Below, one piece after another: positions 18,159-31,800 of a stretch of DNA of 64,000 nucleotides; position 1 is the stretch's first letter; every line of letters starts with the position of its first letter. The stretch is from Trichosphaerium sp. ATCC 40318. Taxonomy: Eukaryota > Protista > Tubulinea. The DNA is taken from positions 1-64,000 of the forward strand of contig JALMLS010000204.1 of assembly GCA_038496445.1 (NCBI GenBank), in the 5' to 3' direction. The notes under the pieces are model-generated. The model did no database searches and had not been told where the DNA came from. It was given only the letters and a program-made list of their open reading frames with translations. The translations under genes and the position numbers were made by a program.

Positions 18159-20080
18159 TTACTTTGTTTTTGGCTTCTTTAGTACCCATACGTCATCACT
18201 ATCTTCTAACTCATCACGTGGTCTTTTTTTACCTACTATAACATTGCTAACAAAAAAAACGTCATCTAGCTGCACATGCATTAAAAAAATATAAATACAT
18301 TCAAAAAATAATATCAGCTACTGTTGGTACCTATGTACAAAATAATCTTCGTCTCCAGGATGACTAAAAGTAGACAAATGCTGTTGTTGCTTTCTATAGC
18401 AATTTGAACCATACTTACACTTTTGTCTTCCTTTATTGTTATGTTGTTTTTTTGATGTGTTTGTCTGAGAGAAGAAGTTAAGTCAAGATCAAAAAAAAAA
18501 AATTGAAATAGATTCTGGTTTTTTGTTCGGCCTTGTTGTAGTAACAGTTAACTCACCTGTTGTATTATTTCATCTTCATCATCGCTACTGTCTTCCATTG
18601 TAAAGTTTGCAAATAAAGGTTTTTTAGGATCTGGTACATCTGAATTGTTTTCTGTTGTATCTTCGTCTTCATCTTCATCTTGACCATTAAGCTTTGGTAT
18701 AGTCTTTGTAAACAAAAGACTCCTTGTTCTTTGTAATGTATGTAGCTTTTGCCTTGACTGTTCTTTCTCTTTCCAGTTCTCTAATACCTCGTCCCATGTA
18801 ACATCCTCTCGGACTCTCAAGAAAGAAGGAAATCTAGATAAGAAAACATGAGTAGCCAGATAGAGAATTTAAGGCGGAGTTTTATATGAAAGATTGGAGT
18901 GTACCTTGGTTTTCCTAGCTTTGTAAGTTCTTGGTACTGAAAGGTAACAATTGATCCAATAGGTGGAGGGTTACAATGCTCTATTTCTGTAAAACCACTT
19001 CCAATTGTAAAGTCATGTCCATTTGGCCTATTTTTTAGAATGAGTAAATTTTGTAAGTTTTGACCTTTCTGTATTGGCACCGTACATTTTACACATTAAA
19101 TGCCTGTGATTCTTATTGGTATTTCCAACTTTGTAACCTTGAAATATGCGTTACACAACAAGTAAAACACGATGAAAAACAATTTACAAAAAACAATCAT
19201 ACCTGTAACTTTAGCTTCCTCATCGTGGAACACCTTAACCTTCAACAAAGTAGACGACCGAACCCCTTTTAGATGTAAATAAGAGCAATACCAAAACATC
19301 ATTTATAACATTACCTTCGTAATAAGACTGTGGTTGCCTTAACATCAAACCTTCACCTCCTTGCTATTTTCTCAAGATTAGATATTTTAACACGTGCTAA
19401 AACGAAAAGGTACAATTAACTCTTGTACCTTTATGACATCCTTCAACATTTCACCAAGATGTTTCTTATTCTTACATTTTGTTTTACCAACACTTGTTGC
19501 ATACTTACACTTTGTAACTAACTTTTCAAACCGTTTACATCCTGAATTAGAAGTCGTAAGTTTCAGGTTTTCGACGTGTTGTTTTGTCTGATACTGCTAC
19601 TACTTTTGGTGCAGTGCTTGGTGGTAGTGTTCACGCACGTTTTTCATAAGGCTCTAGAATCTGTGGTGCATCAAAGACGAGATAGAGCACTTTTTTCCAC
19701 TCGTCGTGTTGTAGGTTTTTTGTTTTCTTTATAATGCCCACGGTTTGTTGAAACAAGCCTCTACCGCACCTAGGCGCCGTATCAGCTTAATGTAATAATA
19801 ACATAATTGGAAGGCAGAGTGAAATTCAAACAACGTTCTAAACGTGCCATAGTTCGCCATCAAGGTGCTCTGAAGGGAAATCAGCAGTAAACCAGTCCGG
19901 CGCTTTAAACGGGTTACCAGCGCGGCTACAAAGCGTTTTTCCGTCCCAATACGCCCTGACACCATCCAGCTTCTCAGAAACCCACCTTTAGGAGTATTAT
20001 TGATTAACGGTGGTTTTGTTTACGTACCAATCGGAAGGGTCATGTTTTTCTTCGTACTTTTTAGCAAGGAGGACGTTCAT
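18159..20080 (-). CDS. Compact bacterial-type ATP-dependent DNA ligase (adenylation + OB domains) with acidic/basic tail
   Basis: VLLAKKY, WVSEKLDGVRAYWDG (motif I), SRAGNPF, LDGELWCGRG, YLVFDAP, GGEGLMLR, RSSTLLKVK, FTIGSGF, PPIGSIVTFQYQELTKLGKPRFPSFLRVR. Confidence 0.9.
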
Positions 20081-20261
20081 TTCAATTCTGCCGCCTAAAT
20101 AGTGTACTTCGAATAAATTTCAACCGTAACTTAACAGACTAAGCCAGATCGCAGTTCTTTGAATCTGACAGTGCTGTCACATTTGACACTTGTGCAGCTT
20201 GTATCGTAGTGTTGTCATATTACAAACTATAGGGTATGATGTAGTTGTTTATTTTAGTGTT

Positions 20262-21433
20262 TTATTCGCTCTTAGTATCAGCAACACCTCTGAAAGAAGC
20301 TCTTTGTCCATTTGTAAACTTTGGTCGTTTGTCAGAGTTCAAATACGCTTTTATATTCGGTCTCTCTTTTATGTGCTTCATAAACGAGGTAAGAAGCTTG
20401 AACTCCTCTAGACCTTCTTCATTCAATCCCAAACAAGCTTCTACAGCTAAAAATACACTTATATCTGCGAATGTCAACTAAGAAAAAATGTAAGATACAC
20501 GTTCAACTATTGAAAAAAAAAAAAAAATCAAACTAAAAGTTTTGCGTACATCGTCTCCTACAAAGAATTTTCCGCCACCGTAGAACCCTCCATTTGCTAG
20601 AAGTAACGCTTCAAAATGACCAAACCATGTTGGCATAGTCTCAGTGATGAATTTATCCTTGTTAGCGTCCTAACAATAAAGTGAAAAAAAAAACAATAAA
20701 ATAATCTAAAAAATGCGAAAATAAATCTCTCTGTGCTTACAAAAGTCTTTTTATCGCTGTATGCGAGCCCTGTATATTTTCCTTTGAGATCCTCAGCTCC
20801 TCCAAAGACCATGTCAACCTTTAACCTTGTTAGCATTTCACTTTCAGAGAAACCTCTTAATCGAGCGAAAGAGCGTTCTGTTACGTACTTGCATTGCTTG
20901 GTCGGATGTTACACCATAGTATCCAGTAGCTCGTGCAATATGACGCATAATAGCGCCGCTAAAAGTGTCAGATTGAAATGTTCCTCACTATGTTCCATAC
21001 CTTTGTACGTAGTATTTTCCATCTATTTCAAGCTGTGGTACTTGTCCATAGCTGAATTGGGTTTTATCTGTTGTAATGAATTAATTATCGCTTGAATAAC
21101 GCTCTGTACTCTTTTTTTGCTCTGGCCAGTCTTCTCGTACGATGTACTCATCGATAAACTGTATTCCTACCAGAGAGGTTAATAACTCGATTTAAAACAT
21201 TTGTAATACCTGCTTCTGCGAGTAGTAACCGTATTTGATCAGCTTTCCCTCTGATATCAAAGTAACGTACAGTTATCTCGTGTAAACCTTAGTTTGCGCC
21301 ACAAAGCGTATTTGTGTACCTTGTTACCAAGTCTAAACGTTTTCTGGTATGTTGTTTGACCTAATAGCTCATCTTTGAAGTATACGCCAATCAACAGTGC
21401 GACAAGCGCCAATATGAGTAGGGCGTTGTCCAT
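20262..21433 (-). CDS. Glutathione S-transferase (Tyr-type, pi/sigma-like) with N-terminal hydrophobic segment
   Basis: YFDIRGKADQIRLLLAEAG, SGAIMRHIAR, FFVGD, TFADISVF, ERPNIKAYL; N-terminus MDNALLILALVALLIGVYF. Confidence 0.9.
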
Positions 21434-21747
21434 CAGCAGCTAAAGAATGACTCAGCAAGCGTCAACCAGAATTTGCATACCAAAAACCTAGCCAAACCTG
21501 GCCGGTTTAACAAAACCCGCTTGATTCCTTGATTAGACGAATACCGGTACAACATGGGTTGGAATTTCTACGTTCTCTTTGTACAAAGATGTTGAACAAC
21601 AAAAAGAAACTTCGAAATCCCACTTTTGTTCATCACTGCGAGCATGTAGTTCGTGTTGACAAGCACCTAGTTTTTACCTTATAGCGCCTGTTACACTAAA
21701 TATGAGCAATGGAGGTCAGACGTGGAACTTAAACACGTGCTCTTAAT

Positions 21748-24700
21748 TCATTCCTGCTCATCTTTATTCATATTTAATATCTCAGTAATACTTTGTACAT
21801 CTTCAGTTGGTACAATAAAAAGAGAAGAAGAGTCAGAATCAGTGCTATCATTTTCATTATCATTAATACTATCATTGTCATCATCAAGAAGACGTTGACG
21901 TTCAGCATTGCTTGCTTTTATACGTTTGAGTTTCTTTCGTATTCTGACGCATATAAACACAATCAAGGCTAGAATGCCCACTGCAAGCAATCCTCCTAAT
22001 CCATACAAAGCATAAACCCACCATCGAATAGTGCATAACCGACCTTGAAAAACCATCAACAACACTAACTAATTTGATTTGTTTTTACCTGCCCAAAAGA
22101 AAGTGCACTTGCACTTTCCGTCATTAGTTATGCCGTCGTTGCATGTACCATGAACGCATTTAGGGCATGGCTTACAGCTTGGCCCATAAAATTCGGGCCT
22201 AAACACAGAAATTAGATGAGAACCCAATGATAAAAATGATCAGACTATAGCGCACAAGCAGTATTCACAATTGTTTGTTGAATTTTCAAAACCAGGGAAA
22301 CAATCACAGTAAGGCGGGAGCTATTTTGAGCATAATTAGCAATAGAAGCTATAATATAAGGTACATACCGTGTCATTTTTGCATGTACCATGGCCATTGC
22401 ATACAATCTTTAAGTCACAATAGTGGTAGTATTCAATTGTAATATTGTCATCACTCCAATGTACTCCATCATTACTGACAGATACTGGTACTATACCTGG
22501 ATCATGTTTTGGTATCTCACATGTTGTTTTATTGTTCTCAAGGAACTTCCCTTTAACTGAGATGTTGCCAAAGCGACATGACACCAAACCTTGCAAAAAA
22601 AAATTAAACTTGTTGGTTTTTTTTTTTAATTCCCTATTATCGTTTTCATGTACCTGTTGGTTGAAAGAATTTCCCAGTGAAATATATTCCTCTACCAAAA
22701 CTACCTTGTTGTCTTGAGTTTGTTTGAGATATATTCAATAACTGTGGTGTCTTGTAGAACAAAAACTTAAGGTTTGATTTTGATACTTGTATTTGATTCA
22801 ACGTGATGGACACATCAACAAACCCCTAGCTATTTGTTAATAAAATAGCAACGAAATTAACTAATACGTCTTGTGTTGTCTCGGGCACTTCGCATGTCAA
22901 AGTTCTAGAATTTTTGGCTATACCTACAGTAACACTTGAACAAAAATAAGAAAAATGTCATATTGTCATTAAAGTATTGACCTTGTGCCAAAATGACAGG
23001 ATATTTTCCCTGCAAATTGTGGTATATTTAATCCTGATACCGTAACCTTTGTTGAAACTTTTGAGAAACCAATCTTTGGTGAGAGTGCAGACAGAATCAC
23101 CCAAGCTAAAAATTATTTCTTAGAAATCTTTCTAAACTCTGTTTCTTACCACATTTCGCTTGATAGAGCTTTGTTGCATTTACGGGTAGCGGACAAGTAA
23201 ATGTATTATATTTTAGTTCATGACCAGGTACATTAAGCAGAGCATTCTTCTAAAATGCGATTGTTACGAATAAAGGAAAAAGCAATGACTTTACACTATT
23301 AAAGAACTGTGGAACAATTCCTGTTAATTGATTTTCTGATAGATCCCTATAAAGGTTTGAGCGAACGATCATTACTGGCTAACTCGTACAATTGCTTGAG
23401 GTCAACCAAGTTGTATGGTTCACTAACTGTTTCAGGAATGCTGCCAACGAACTTGTTGTTATTCAAGTACCTATTCTAAGATTATTCCAATTTTTTTTAC
23501 GCAGTTGTCAAAAATCGTACAAATCAACTAATCCTAATTGAAAGATAGATGGCGGAATTGTACCAGTAAATTCGTTGTGATCAAGTTGCCTTTAAAAAAA
23601 TAAGATAAACTACAATCTGTAAATGTTCTTACAAGTTACGTATGTTGACAAGTCCAGGAAAACTAGAAGGAAGTGTTCCATTGAACTTGTTGAAAGATAA
23701 AAACCTATTGAGATAAGGCTCCTTAGAAGTAATGCTTGACTACATACAGTGCTTCAGTCGCAGAAAGAGACCATAATTCATTCGGTACTGGTCCTGTTAA
23801 GTAGTGCCCACCCGGATTGTCAACACGTGGACGACCTCCCAAGTTACTGCAGAATGTTTGAACTATTCTAAAAAGGCATAGACTTTTCGTACATTGTAGT
23901 TGTTGATTCAAGAGCACCAATGAACGATGGGCTATAATATGGATTATTAATTGATGCACAAATACTATTGATGATATTCGCACATTGTTCCAGTGAAAAA
24001 GTTGCCGCCCAATGAACTGCAAGTTATTTAGATTTATAAGAATAAAACAATATGTTTTAGTTATTCGCTTACAGGTAGGTTAATGGAAGAGAGAATAAAC
24101 TTCGTGGAATAGTCCCTGTTATACTGCAGAACGTAATGTCGCTAAAACCAGGTTGATAAAACACCATGAACAATAGGTATGTCAGGAGCAAAGGAAATAA
24201 GAACGTACAAGTTTTTTAGATTTTTTAATTTTCCAATGTCGGCAGGAAGCTTTCCTGTAAAATCATTGCTCCCAAGGTTTAGCAAATTAAGCTCAATCAG
24301 ATCCCATACATTTGGAAGAGGTCCTGAGAATTTGTTTAGTTCTAATTCTCTGAGAATAACAGTAAGTGAGAATCAAGAAACAGCTGCCATACAGTGACTT
24401 AAGTTTAGTCAGATTAGCAATCTTTGGAGATATACTTCCTGTTAACCCTCCTGTAAATGAAGAACCTTTCCTTCTCTTATTTATGTTTAGACGTCTAGAG
24501 TTTAAGTAAAGGATTAATACCGGAAAGTTTAAACAAGGCAATTAGTGAGGATACAAAGACTCCAAGTTTGTAAGTTGATAAATGCTGTCAGGAACTGGGC
24601 CAGAGAGATAATTCAAACTCAAGTCTCTTTAACATTGTCATATAAGTATTACAACAAAAGGGAAACCTGGCATATCGTACAAAGACATCAAACCAGTAAG

Positions 24701-25361
24701 AGTACCAATAGAGTTTGGTATTGCGCCAGTGATTTTGTTGTTTCCAAGGTTTCTAAAACAGGTTAAACGTTCGTCAATCAACACAAACGTACAGGACGTT
24801 AATGTCCTTCAATTTCGCAAAACTATCAGGTATAGTACCATCGATCTTATTATTGTCCATGAATCTGGTTAACAACCATCTTAGCGATCAACATGTTTCA
24901 AAAAAAAAAAAAAAAAGCAAACTTACATTTTTTCCATTCTTGTGAATCGCGAAAAATCGAAATCGTTGAGCTTCCCTGACAAGTTATTGCCAGGAAAGTT
25001 CCTATACTATGTTAGAGTTGAAATAAATCATCACGTGATCATACAGCTGAAAAACATGGTAAAGCTGTGGACCAGGATCCACTCTACATGCTAAACGTGT
25101 TACTAGTTAAACCCTCACGTGGTTTATAGCGTAGTCACGTGATTACCTATCCCTTTCCACACTCCCATAAGACACGGGTCTCCTTGTAGCCAATTCAACT
25201 TGTCAGTCCACCCATCGCCGTTAAAGTTCGTGTAAAAGTCACGAAGCGCTTGAACTAGTGCTTCCAGTTATAGATTCGCGTTTAAAGGTTATTGTACCTT
25301 CTGATGGGTCTGTTTCAGCTCCTTGAGCTATTGACATGAATAAATAGATTAACAGGAGCAT
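21748..25361 (-). CDS. Type I membrane protein: signal peptide, plant-type LRRs, IPT/TIG domains, EGF repeats, TM helix, short acidic tail
   Basis: ALRDFYTNFNGDGWTDKLNWLQGDPC...WKGI (LRR N-cap), LTGPVP/FNGTLP/FTGTIP repeats, SCRFG...CEIPKHDPGIVPVSVSNDG (TIG), CNGHGTC and CVHGTC (EGF), TM WWVYALYGLGGLLAVGILALIVFIC. Confidence 0.8.
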
Positions 25362-25481
25362 GTTATGAAGAGTTAAAAGCAATTTGCAGGCCGTCAGGTC
25401 TTCCAAAGTACAAACTGTTAAAAAAACTTTTTGTTGGAATTGTCACTCGCTTAGTCTCTTCTTTTTCAGGGTTCATTCACA

Positions 25482-25804
25482 ATGGGCGGGTGTTGTGGTG
25501 TTGGTGTTAAACACGAGGTACTCAGTCCAGAAGAAAAGCGCGCCAGAAGAGAACAACAGGCGACTGCGGCTGAAAAGCGTTACAAAGCAGAAGCGACGCG
25601 TGGAGGAGGAGGCAAGTATATTCAGAGCGTAAACAATTGCTCTGACATTGTAAATGTAGGAAAAATAAGCAAAAAGCTCGAAAAACAACGGCGCACAGGT
25701 GTAGCAGACGAGAAAACGCCATTAACGCACTCTAGCAAATTAAAGGTAAAAACCGTTTCACTATTTGTACGTACTGACTTCCCAAGTGGACTGTGGAACC
25801 GTAG
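25482..25804 (+). CDS. Small VCP/p97-interacting protein (SVIP)-like
   Basis: MGGCC acylation motif, EEKRARREQQATAAEKRYKAEATRG, spliced end LKWTVEP*. Confidence 0.7.
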
Positions 25805-26127
25805 AACATTAAAAACAATGCCTTGTCGTGTATGACAAGTGACACGAACTAAACGGAAGTAAAGTTTTTTGTACAGCCAGGCTTGGTTTCCATCGATTCT
25901 CTGCCCTACATCATTTTTGCGTACAGTACGCTCAACTATACCCTTTTCTAGCGCATAAAAGGAAGTAGAGGGTTTCTTTGTTAAACGCTTTAACAAAGCA
26001 TTGAGCAGGGTTTCGTTAACCTAGGCTACTTGCTTACTTTGAAGCAAATTAAGTAAGAAGGCGACTAAAACAAACGAAAAACCAAATTTGTTCTCCGTAG
26101 TAATTGCATCTTCGCAAAATATACGCG

Positions 26128-28765
26128 ATGAACACTACAGTGTCAAACCTGACGCTAACCGAAATGGTAGCTCTTCAGAGCGCTCAAATACAACTTCTCA
26201 ATGATAGCTTTAATATGCTATCAGCACAACAAGCTGCTGCTACTCAACAGATTGACGTTGGTTGGACGCTATTATGCGGTTTTCTAGTTTTATGTACGCA
26301 CTATACTTTAAAAATCCCCTCAGCGTTCCTTTTACCACATAAATGCATTGCACGGTAGTGAACATGAGTTGTGAACGCAGTAAAGGTGAATTACTCATTA
26401 TTATTGTGAATAGCACCAAACGCACTCGTTTCGTTGCTACAATAGGGTTCTATGCTTCCAACTCCGATTTTCTTTTTTAAAGCAAAATAACCTAAAAGTA
26501 TTGTATTGGTAGCCCTTTTGCTGCATAAGAACAAAAGACAGTATATCTTTTTAAAGCAATTCGAATTCAAACTTGGAAACTTTAGTTTTTCCACTTTTTT
26601 TTTTTGATTTACGGTTTTTGTCGTTGACAAGATTCTTTTTTAGTTATGCAAGCCGGATTCACTATGCTTGAAGCAGGAGCTGTCCGTTATAAATTTATTG
26701 GGGTATGTAGGATTTTATACAACCATTAGATTTCGCAAATCCTGAATTTGTTTTAATTTTATCCAATAACACATTTTTGACCTCTTTCTTGTAGTCTATC
26801 TTATTGAAGAATATCACTGATCAAGTTGTCGCTTGTATTGCTTTCTATTTATTCGGATACGCGTTCGCTTTTGGATTTGGAGGTGCTAGTAATCCGTTCA
26901 TCGTACGTTTTTTCACATCTCTGAAATACACAACATTTGGTTCGTCACTCATGCGGTAATAGGGTCTTAAATTTTTCGCTTTAACTGATGTGGATGATCC
27001 TGTTGCTACAGCTGACGATGCTTATACGCCGTCATTTCACCATTTCTTCTTTCAATTCACATTTGCATCCACTGCAGCAACAATAGGTAAGTCTCTCCGC
27101 GCAATACGCGTCTTTTCAACAATATTATTATTACTTACTCTCTATCTAACTAGTCAGCGGTGCTTTGGCTGAACGTATGAGATTGAGTGGATACTTATCT
27201 TTCACTGCAGCGTCTACTCTTATTATTTATCCTATTGCAACCCACTGGGTGAGATACTTACTCTTGTCTTGTTACAACTAATTATCTCAAAGGTGTGGAG
27301 TGTTGAAGGCTGGTTGACCGCATACAGACCAGACCCTATTCTCTTTGGTAACGGCTTTTTGGATTTTGCAGGTGCCGCTGTTGTCCACATGAACGGTGGT
27401 CTCCTTGGACTTATTGGTGCTTGGATAGTTGGTAAGCTACATTAAAAATGACTTTCAGCTCACCAGAATGTTAACAGGACCTCGTTTTGGTGTCAACAAT
27501 CCTCACTACAAAAGTCAGTTTGTAGAGAATAATGTAGTATATGTCACCTTGGGTACTATGATTCTATGGCTTGGTTGGTATGGATTCAACTGTGGATCAG
27601 CATTCCTAACTTCTGGTGTTGGTCTTGTAGGCAAAATTGCTGGTAAGCTATTGTTTGTTTGTGACTATGTTAGCGTTTTCTGATGATACTTATAGTCAAC
27701 ACTACCATTTGTGGTGTAGTAGCTTCATTCACAGCGTTAGTAATCGCAAGGTTATTCACAAAGAAATGGGATTTGGTGGTAAGTTGGTTGTTTTTTCTTG
27801 CTCAGTTGTGACATTTTTATTGAATTGTTTAGGCTTGCCTAAATGGTTTATTGGCCGGTCTTGTTGCAAGTACATCGTGTTGTCCATTTATCGAACCTTG
27901 GGCAGCTATTGTAAGTATTCAAACATGGAAGGATATTGATTACTTTGTTTTAGATTGTTGGAGTTCTTGGTGGTATTACATACTACTTTTTTGCCAAGCT
28001 TGTTGCTTGGGTTAAGATTGATGACCCTCTTGAGGCATCAGCTGTTCATTTCGCTTGTGGTGTACTTTCTTTGCTCATGACTGGTCTTTTCGCTACCAAG
28101 GTATGCCACCCACCTTAGTGGATTCGTAATTATAACATTCTCCGACAGGCAAATGTTGAGCTTACACTTGGACGTCCTGCTGATGGTTTTGGATTGTTCA
28201 TGGGCGGCGGAGGAAAACAAATAGCTCTTCAGGCTATCGGTACGTATATGCAACTAAGATGAGTATACTTGACTCACTTTTGTACAGGCGCTGTGGCTAT
28301 GTCTGTCTGGTTTATAGCGCTTGGATTTCCAACGTTTTATATTCTTAAATTTATTGGCATCCTCCGTGTGTCATCACTCACCGGTACATTACTTTTTTAG
28401 TATTATCTTTAACTACAATCCACTTACTTTCTATCTGTCTAGAAACTTCTGTAACAGATGAAATGACTGTGGCAAATGTAGCAGCACAAAGACCACAAAT
28501 AGCAAAAGCAGATAAAGGAGCACTTGGAGAATCGGTATTACAGTCTTTCAGCCTGTTTTTTTGCTCGAAACAATTGTACTTTCTTTTTTTTATTAATGGT
28601 GTTTTGCAGTCTTCGGATGAAGCTGAAGTTGCTGTGCCTACAATTACAATAGCTGGAAACCGACCTTCTGTTAACAAAGGTAAACCAGAAATTGCTATTT
28701 CTATGGGTGCTATGGTTAGCTATGATGGTGAAGAAGGATCAGATTCTTCAGATGACTATCAATAA
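26128..28765 (+). CDS. amt: Ammonium transporter (Amt/MEP family)
   Basis: MQAGFTMLEAG, FFFQFTFASTAATI, GALAER, DFAGAAVVHMNGG, LWLGWYGFNCGS, NGLLAGLV, KIDDPLEASAVHFACG. Confidence 0.95.
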
Positions 28766-28828
28766 GTTATTACAATTTACTAATAATAATAAAGTAGTTA
28801 ATGTCACGTTACTCCTGTTTTTTTTGAG

Positions 28829-31800
28829 TTACAAATCATCCACTTTCGTAAAACTTTCGTGAAAGCTCTAAAATAGTGTTGAATTAATATGTTCTGAGTG
28901 ACCGAATTGGTACAAAATAGGTTTGAAGCATAAAATCTGCAAAATAATCACGTGTAAAAAAAAAAATAGATTAAACTTGGAACGAATCATGAAGTAGCGA
29001 GCAGAAGGGATTTATTAGACACCTTTAGAACATTCGTTCGTGGTTTGAATTCAAGAAAAAAAATGAACACTGCTACCTTACTTGTTGATGCTCGGATACG
29101 ATTGTAAGAAATCAATCATATTCTTTATGTAAGCTTTATCTACTTTACGTCTTGTAACATATGCATCTTGCTTTCCTAACCTGCACTGATACGATATGTC
29201 AGGACCATAAAGGCCGCCTAAAAAAAAATTAAACAACAATCAACACAGAGCAATCAGCTAAAATTATTTTTACATACCTGCAAGATACATTATTATTGGT
29301 CGTAGGTAATCCATCTTTTCATAATAGATGAAGGTCGATGGATTGTTGTAGGCAAGCCAAGGCTCCCAGCACGTTTTATGAGTTGCTCTGATACCCACTT
29401 ACTTTGTGAATAACCTGAAGATGGCAGCATTTCAGAAGGAGTACAGGTAGTTCCTTCATGAGGATTTTGAGCTGAGTGAGGAAGCACTCCAATCGTAGAT
29501 ATATAGTGAAAAACTTTTAGATGATCCGAAGATGCTATCTCAAGCAATTCTATCTCCTTGTCAGTGATGTTTAGAGATTTATAGGCAAAAAATCGTACTT
29601 ATTGTAGAGTCTACGTTGATAGTTTTTAGTTTTTCGTAAGGTAGCAGAGCATTGAGATCAGCTGCACAATGAAAAATCTCGTCAACCTGGGTAAATTTTA
29701 GAATTCATAATTCATAGTACAGCTTTGAACGTACTGTTGTTTCAAGCATTTTAAGGGTTTCTTTTGAAAGTCCGAAATCACTTTTTAATAAATCTGAAGC
29801 ATATACTTTTATCCTTTCGTCATAGTCTTTCTCCCAAGGGATACGATAAAACTCAAACTTTTTTCTAAACGTAGTGTTGTTAAACATCAATTGAAATTAG
29901 ACAATCTCTGCATACTTTATACGTTCTTTTGCCGCCTCATTATTACTGCCACGCACAAGACAATATGTTATAGTTCTGCTATCCTCTTTGAGTATATCAT
30001 CAAGCAAAAAAGCGCCAAGAAAACCGGTTGCGCCGGTCAACAGCACATGTTTATGTTTTCGTTTATAGTCACCAGCAACTTCGACAGCTTTTACTATTGA
30101 TGCACGTAGTTCATCAGGCAAAACACTATCCCTTGCAAGTGTGATTGACGAAACAGAATCGGGGCTATTGAATACATTCGCCTTTGTTTTAGCAATAAAC
30201 TCAGCAATTGATCCTGCTGCAGATGTCTGCTGCTCCAACAGCATTTGAATAGGTACATCAATATTGAACTTTTCTTTCAGCACATTTGCAATTTTAATAG
30301 CACTCAAAGAATCTATTGCAAACGTAAGTGGCTAATACATTAAAAGCAAAAGGAAATAAACCATTTTAATAAAAATAAAGTAACCACGTGATTCACTTTC
30401 ATCCGCAAAAGAATGAGAAAAAAATGAGAAAAAAGTTGCGTGTACCCAAGTGAATGCCCTGATCTTCACCAAGAATGTCTGCAACAATAGACTTCATATC
30501 ACCAACATCTCCTTTTATATTATTCTCAACCGCTTCGTACAAGGCATTGACAGAACTTTCGAAATGTACACGAAGCTTAGGTCTTGATTTCTTCATAGTT
30601 AGTGTTAACAGCCCAAGCTCTTTGAATCCTTCTTTTGAAAAATGAACTAAGCGAGGTATTTCGTATCCATTAAGCTGTGATGCCTTCCCAGTGGTCACAA
30701 GGAGGTTGAGAATATACTTCATGAAAGACCTAGACCTCATCGCTCTTGCCTAAGCTTTGGGTCAAACTTGTTGAACGTTGTTTTTAATACTGCTATTACA
30801 CAAACGTACAGGGTCCATATTATTGTTTAATGCCCATAACTGATATATTTTTGTATCTGGTACAATCACAGCAACAATAAAAGGTTGTAACGAGTTACCA
30901 TGAATAAAGATATCTTGAATAATAGGTATTTTGATAAAAATATTCTCAAGCCTCTCAGGTCTAGTTTTTAAGAGTAAGACTGACTGGTTCAACTTGATCA
31001 ACCTAAATACGTACGCAACAAACTCTCCTTGAGCAAGTTTAAAGTAAGATTTACGTCTATCTATCACTTGAATTTTTCCACTGCCTTGAAACTGAAGTCA
31101 GCTTTCAACAGTAAACCTGTCTATTAACATACTTCTCTCCTCTACAATATCTCCAGTTCTGAAGTACCCATCTTTATCGAAAACCTCTGTACTAATTCAA
31201 ATCAATTTAAGGTAAAAAAAACAGGGACGCTTACGTTGCTTCTTCATCACCGTAATAGCCAGAAAACTAAAATAAAAAAAAAATGGTTAACAACATTACA
31301 GATTTGCTGTTTTCTTACCATGGTCCCTGTCTTTACTAGTAATTCACCTCTTGGTGGATTACCATCTTTGAAATAGCCCAATTCTGGTACACTCTCTAGT
31401 TTATAGTCCACATATATACTTCCATTACTACACAGCGAGCCAGCTTCTGTAATTCCATAACCATTATAAAATTTGGCTTTCGGGAAAGCAAGTCTTAAAA
31501 ACCGTGTTACAGCATCACTTGAAGCTGCTCCACCGGTTGTTCTAATTAAATAAGCTTTATATACGTCATAAGAAATCCTACATGACAGAGCATCTGTTGC
31601 CTACAACGGCACTGAAGGATTTTATAATCTGTGTCTTTATATCTCTTTTTTTCTGAAAGGTAGGAACAAAGTTAATACATAGGTCTTGTAGTTTGTTCTC
31701 TACTTACTCTTTCGTCTGTGATATTTGCTGTACGCTCCTCTAGTCTCTTCGTAAACTCTTGGTAGAGAACTGTCCATAGTCTGGCGTAAATGAGTACACC

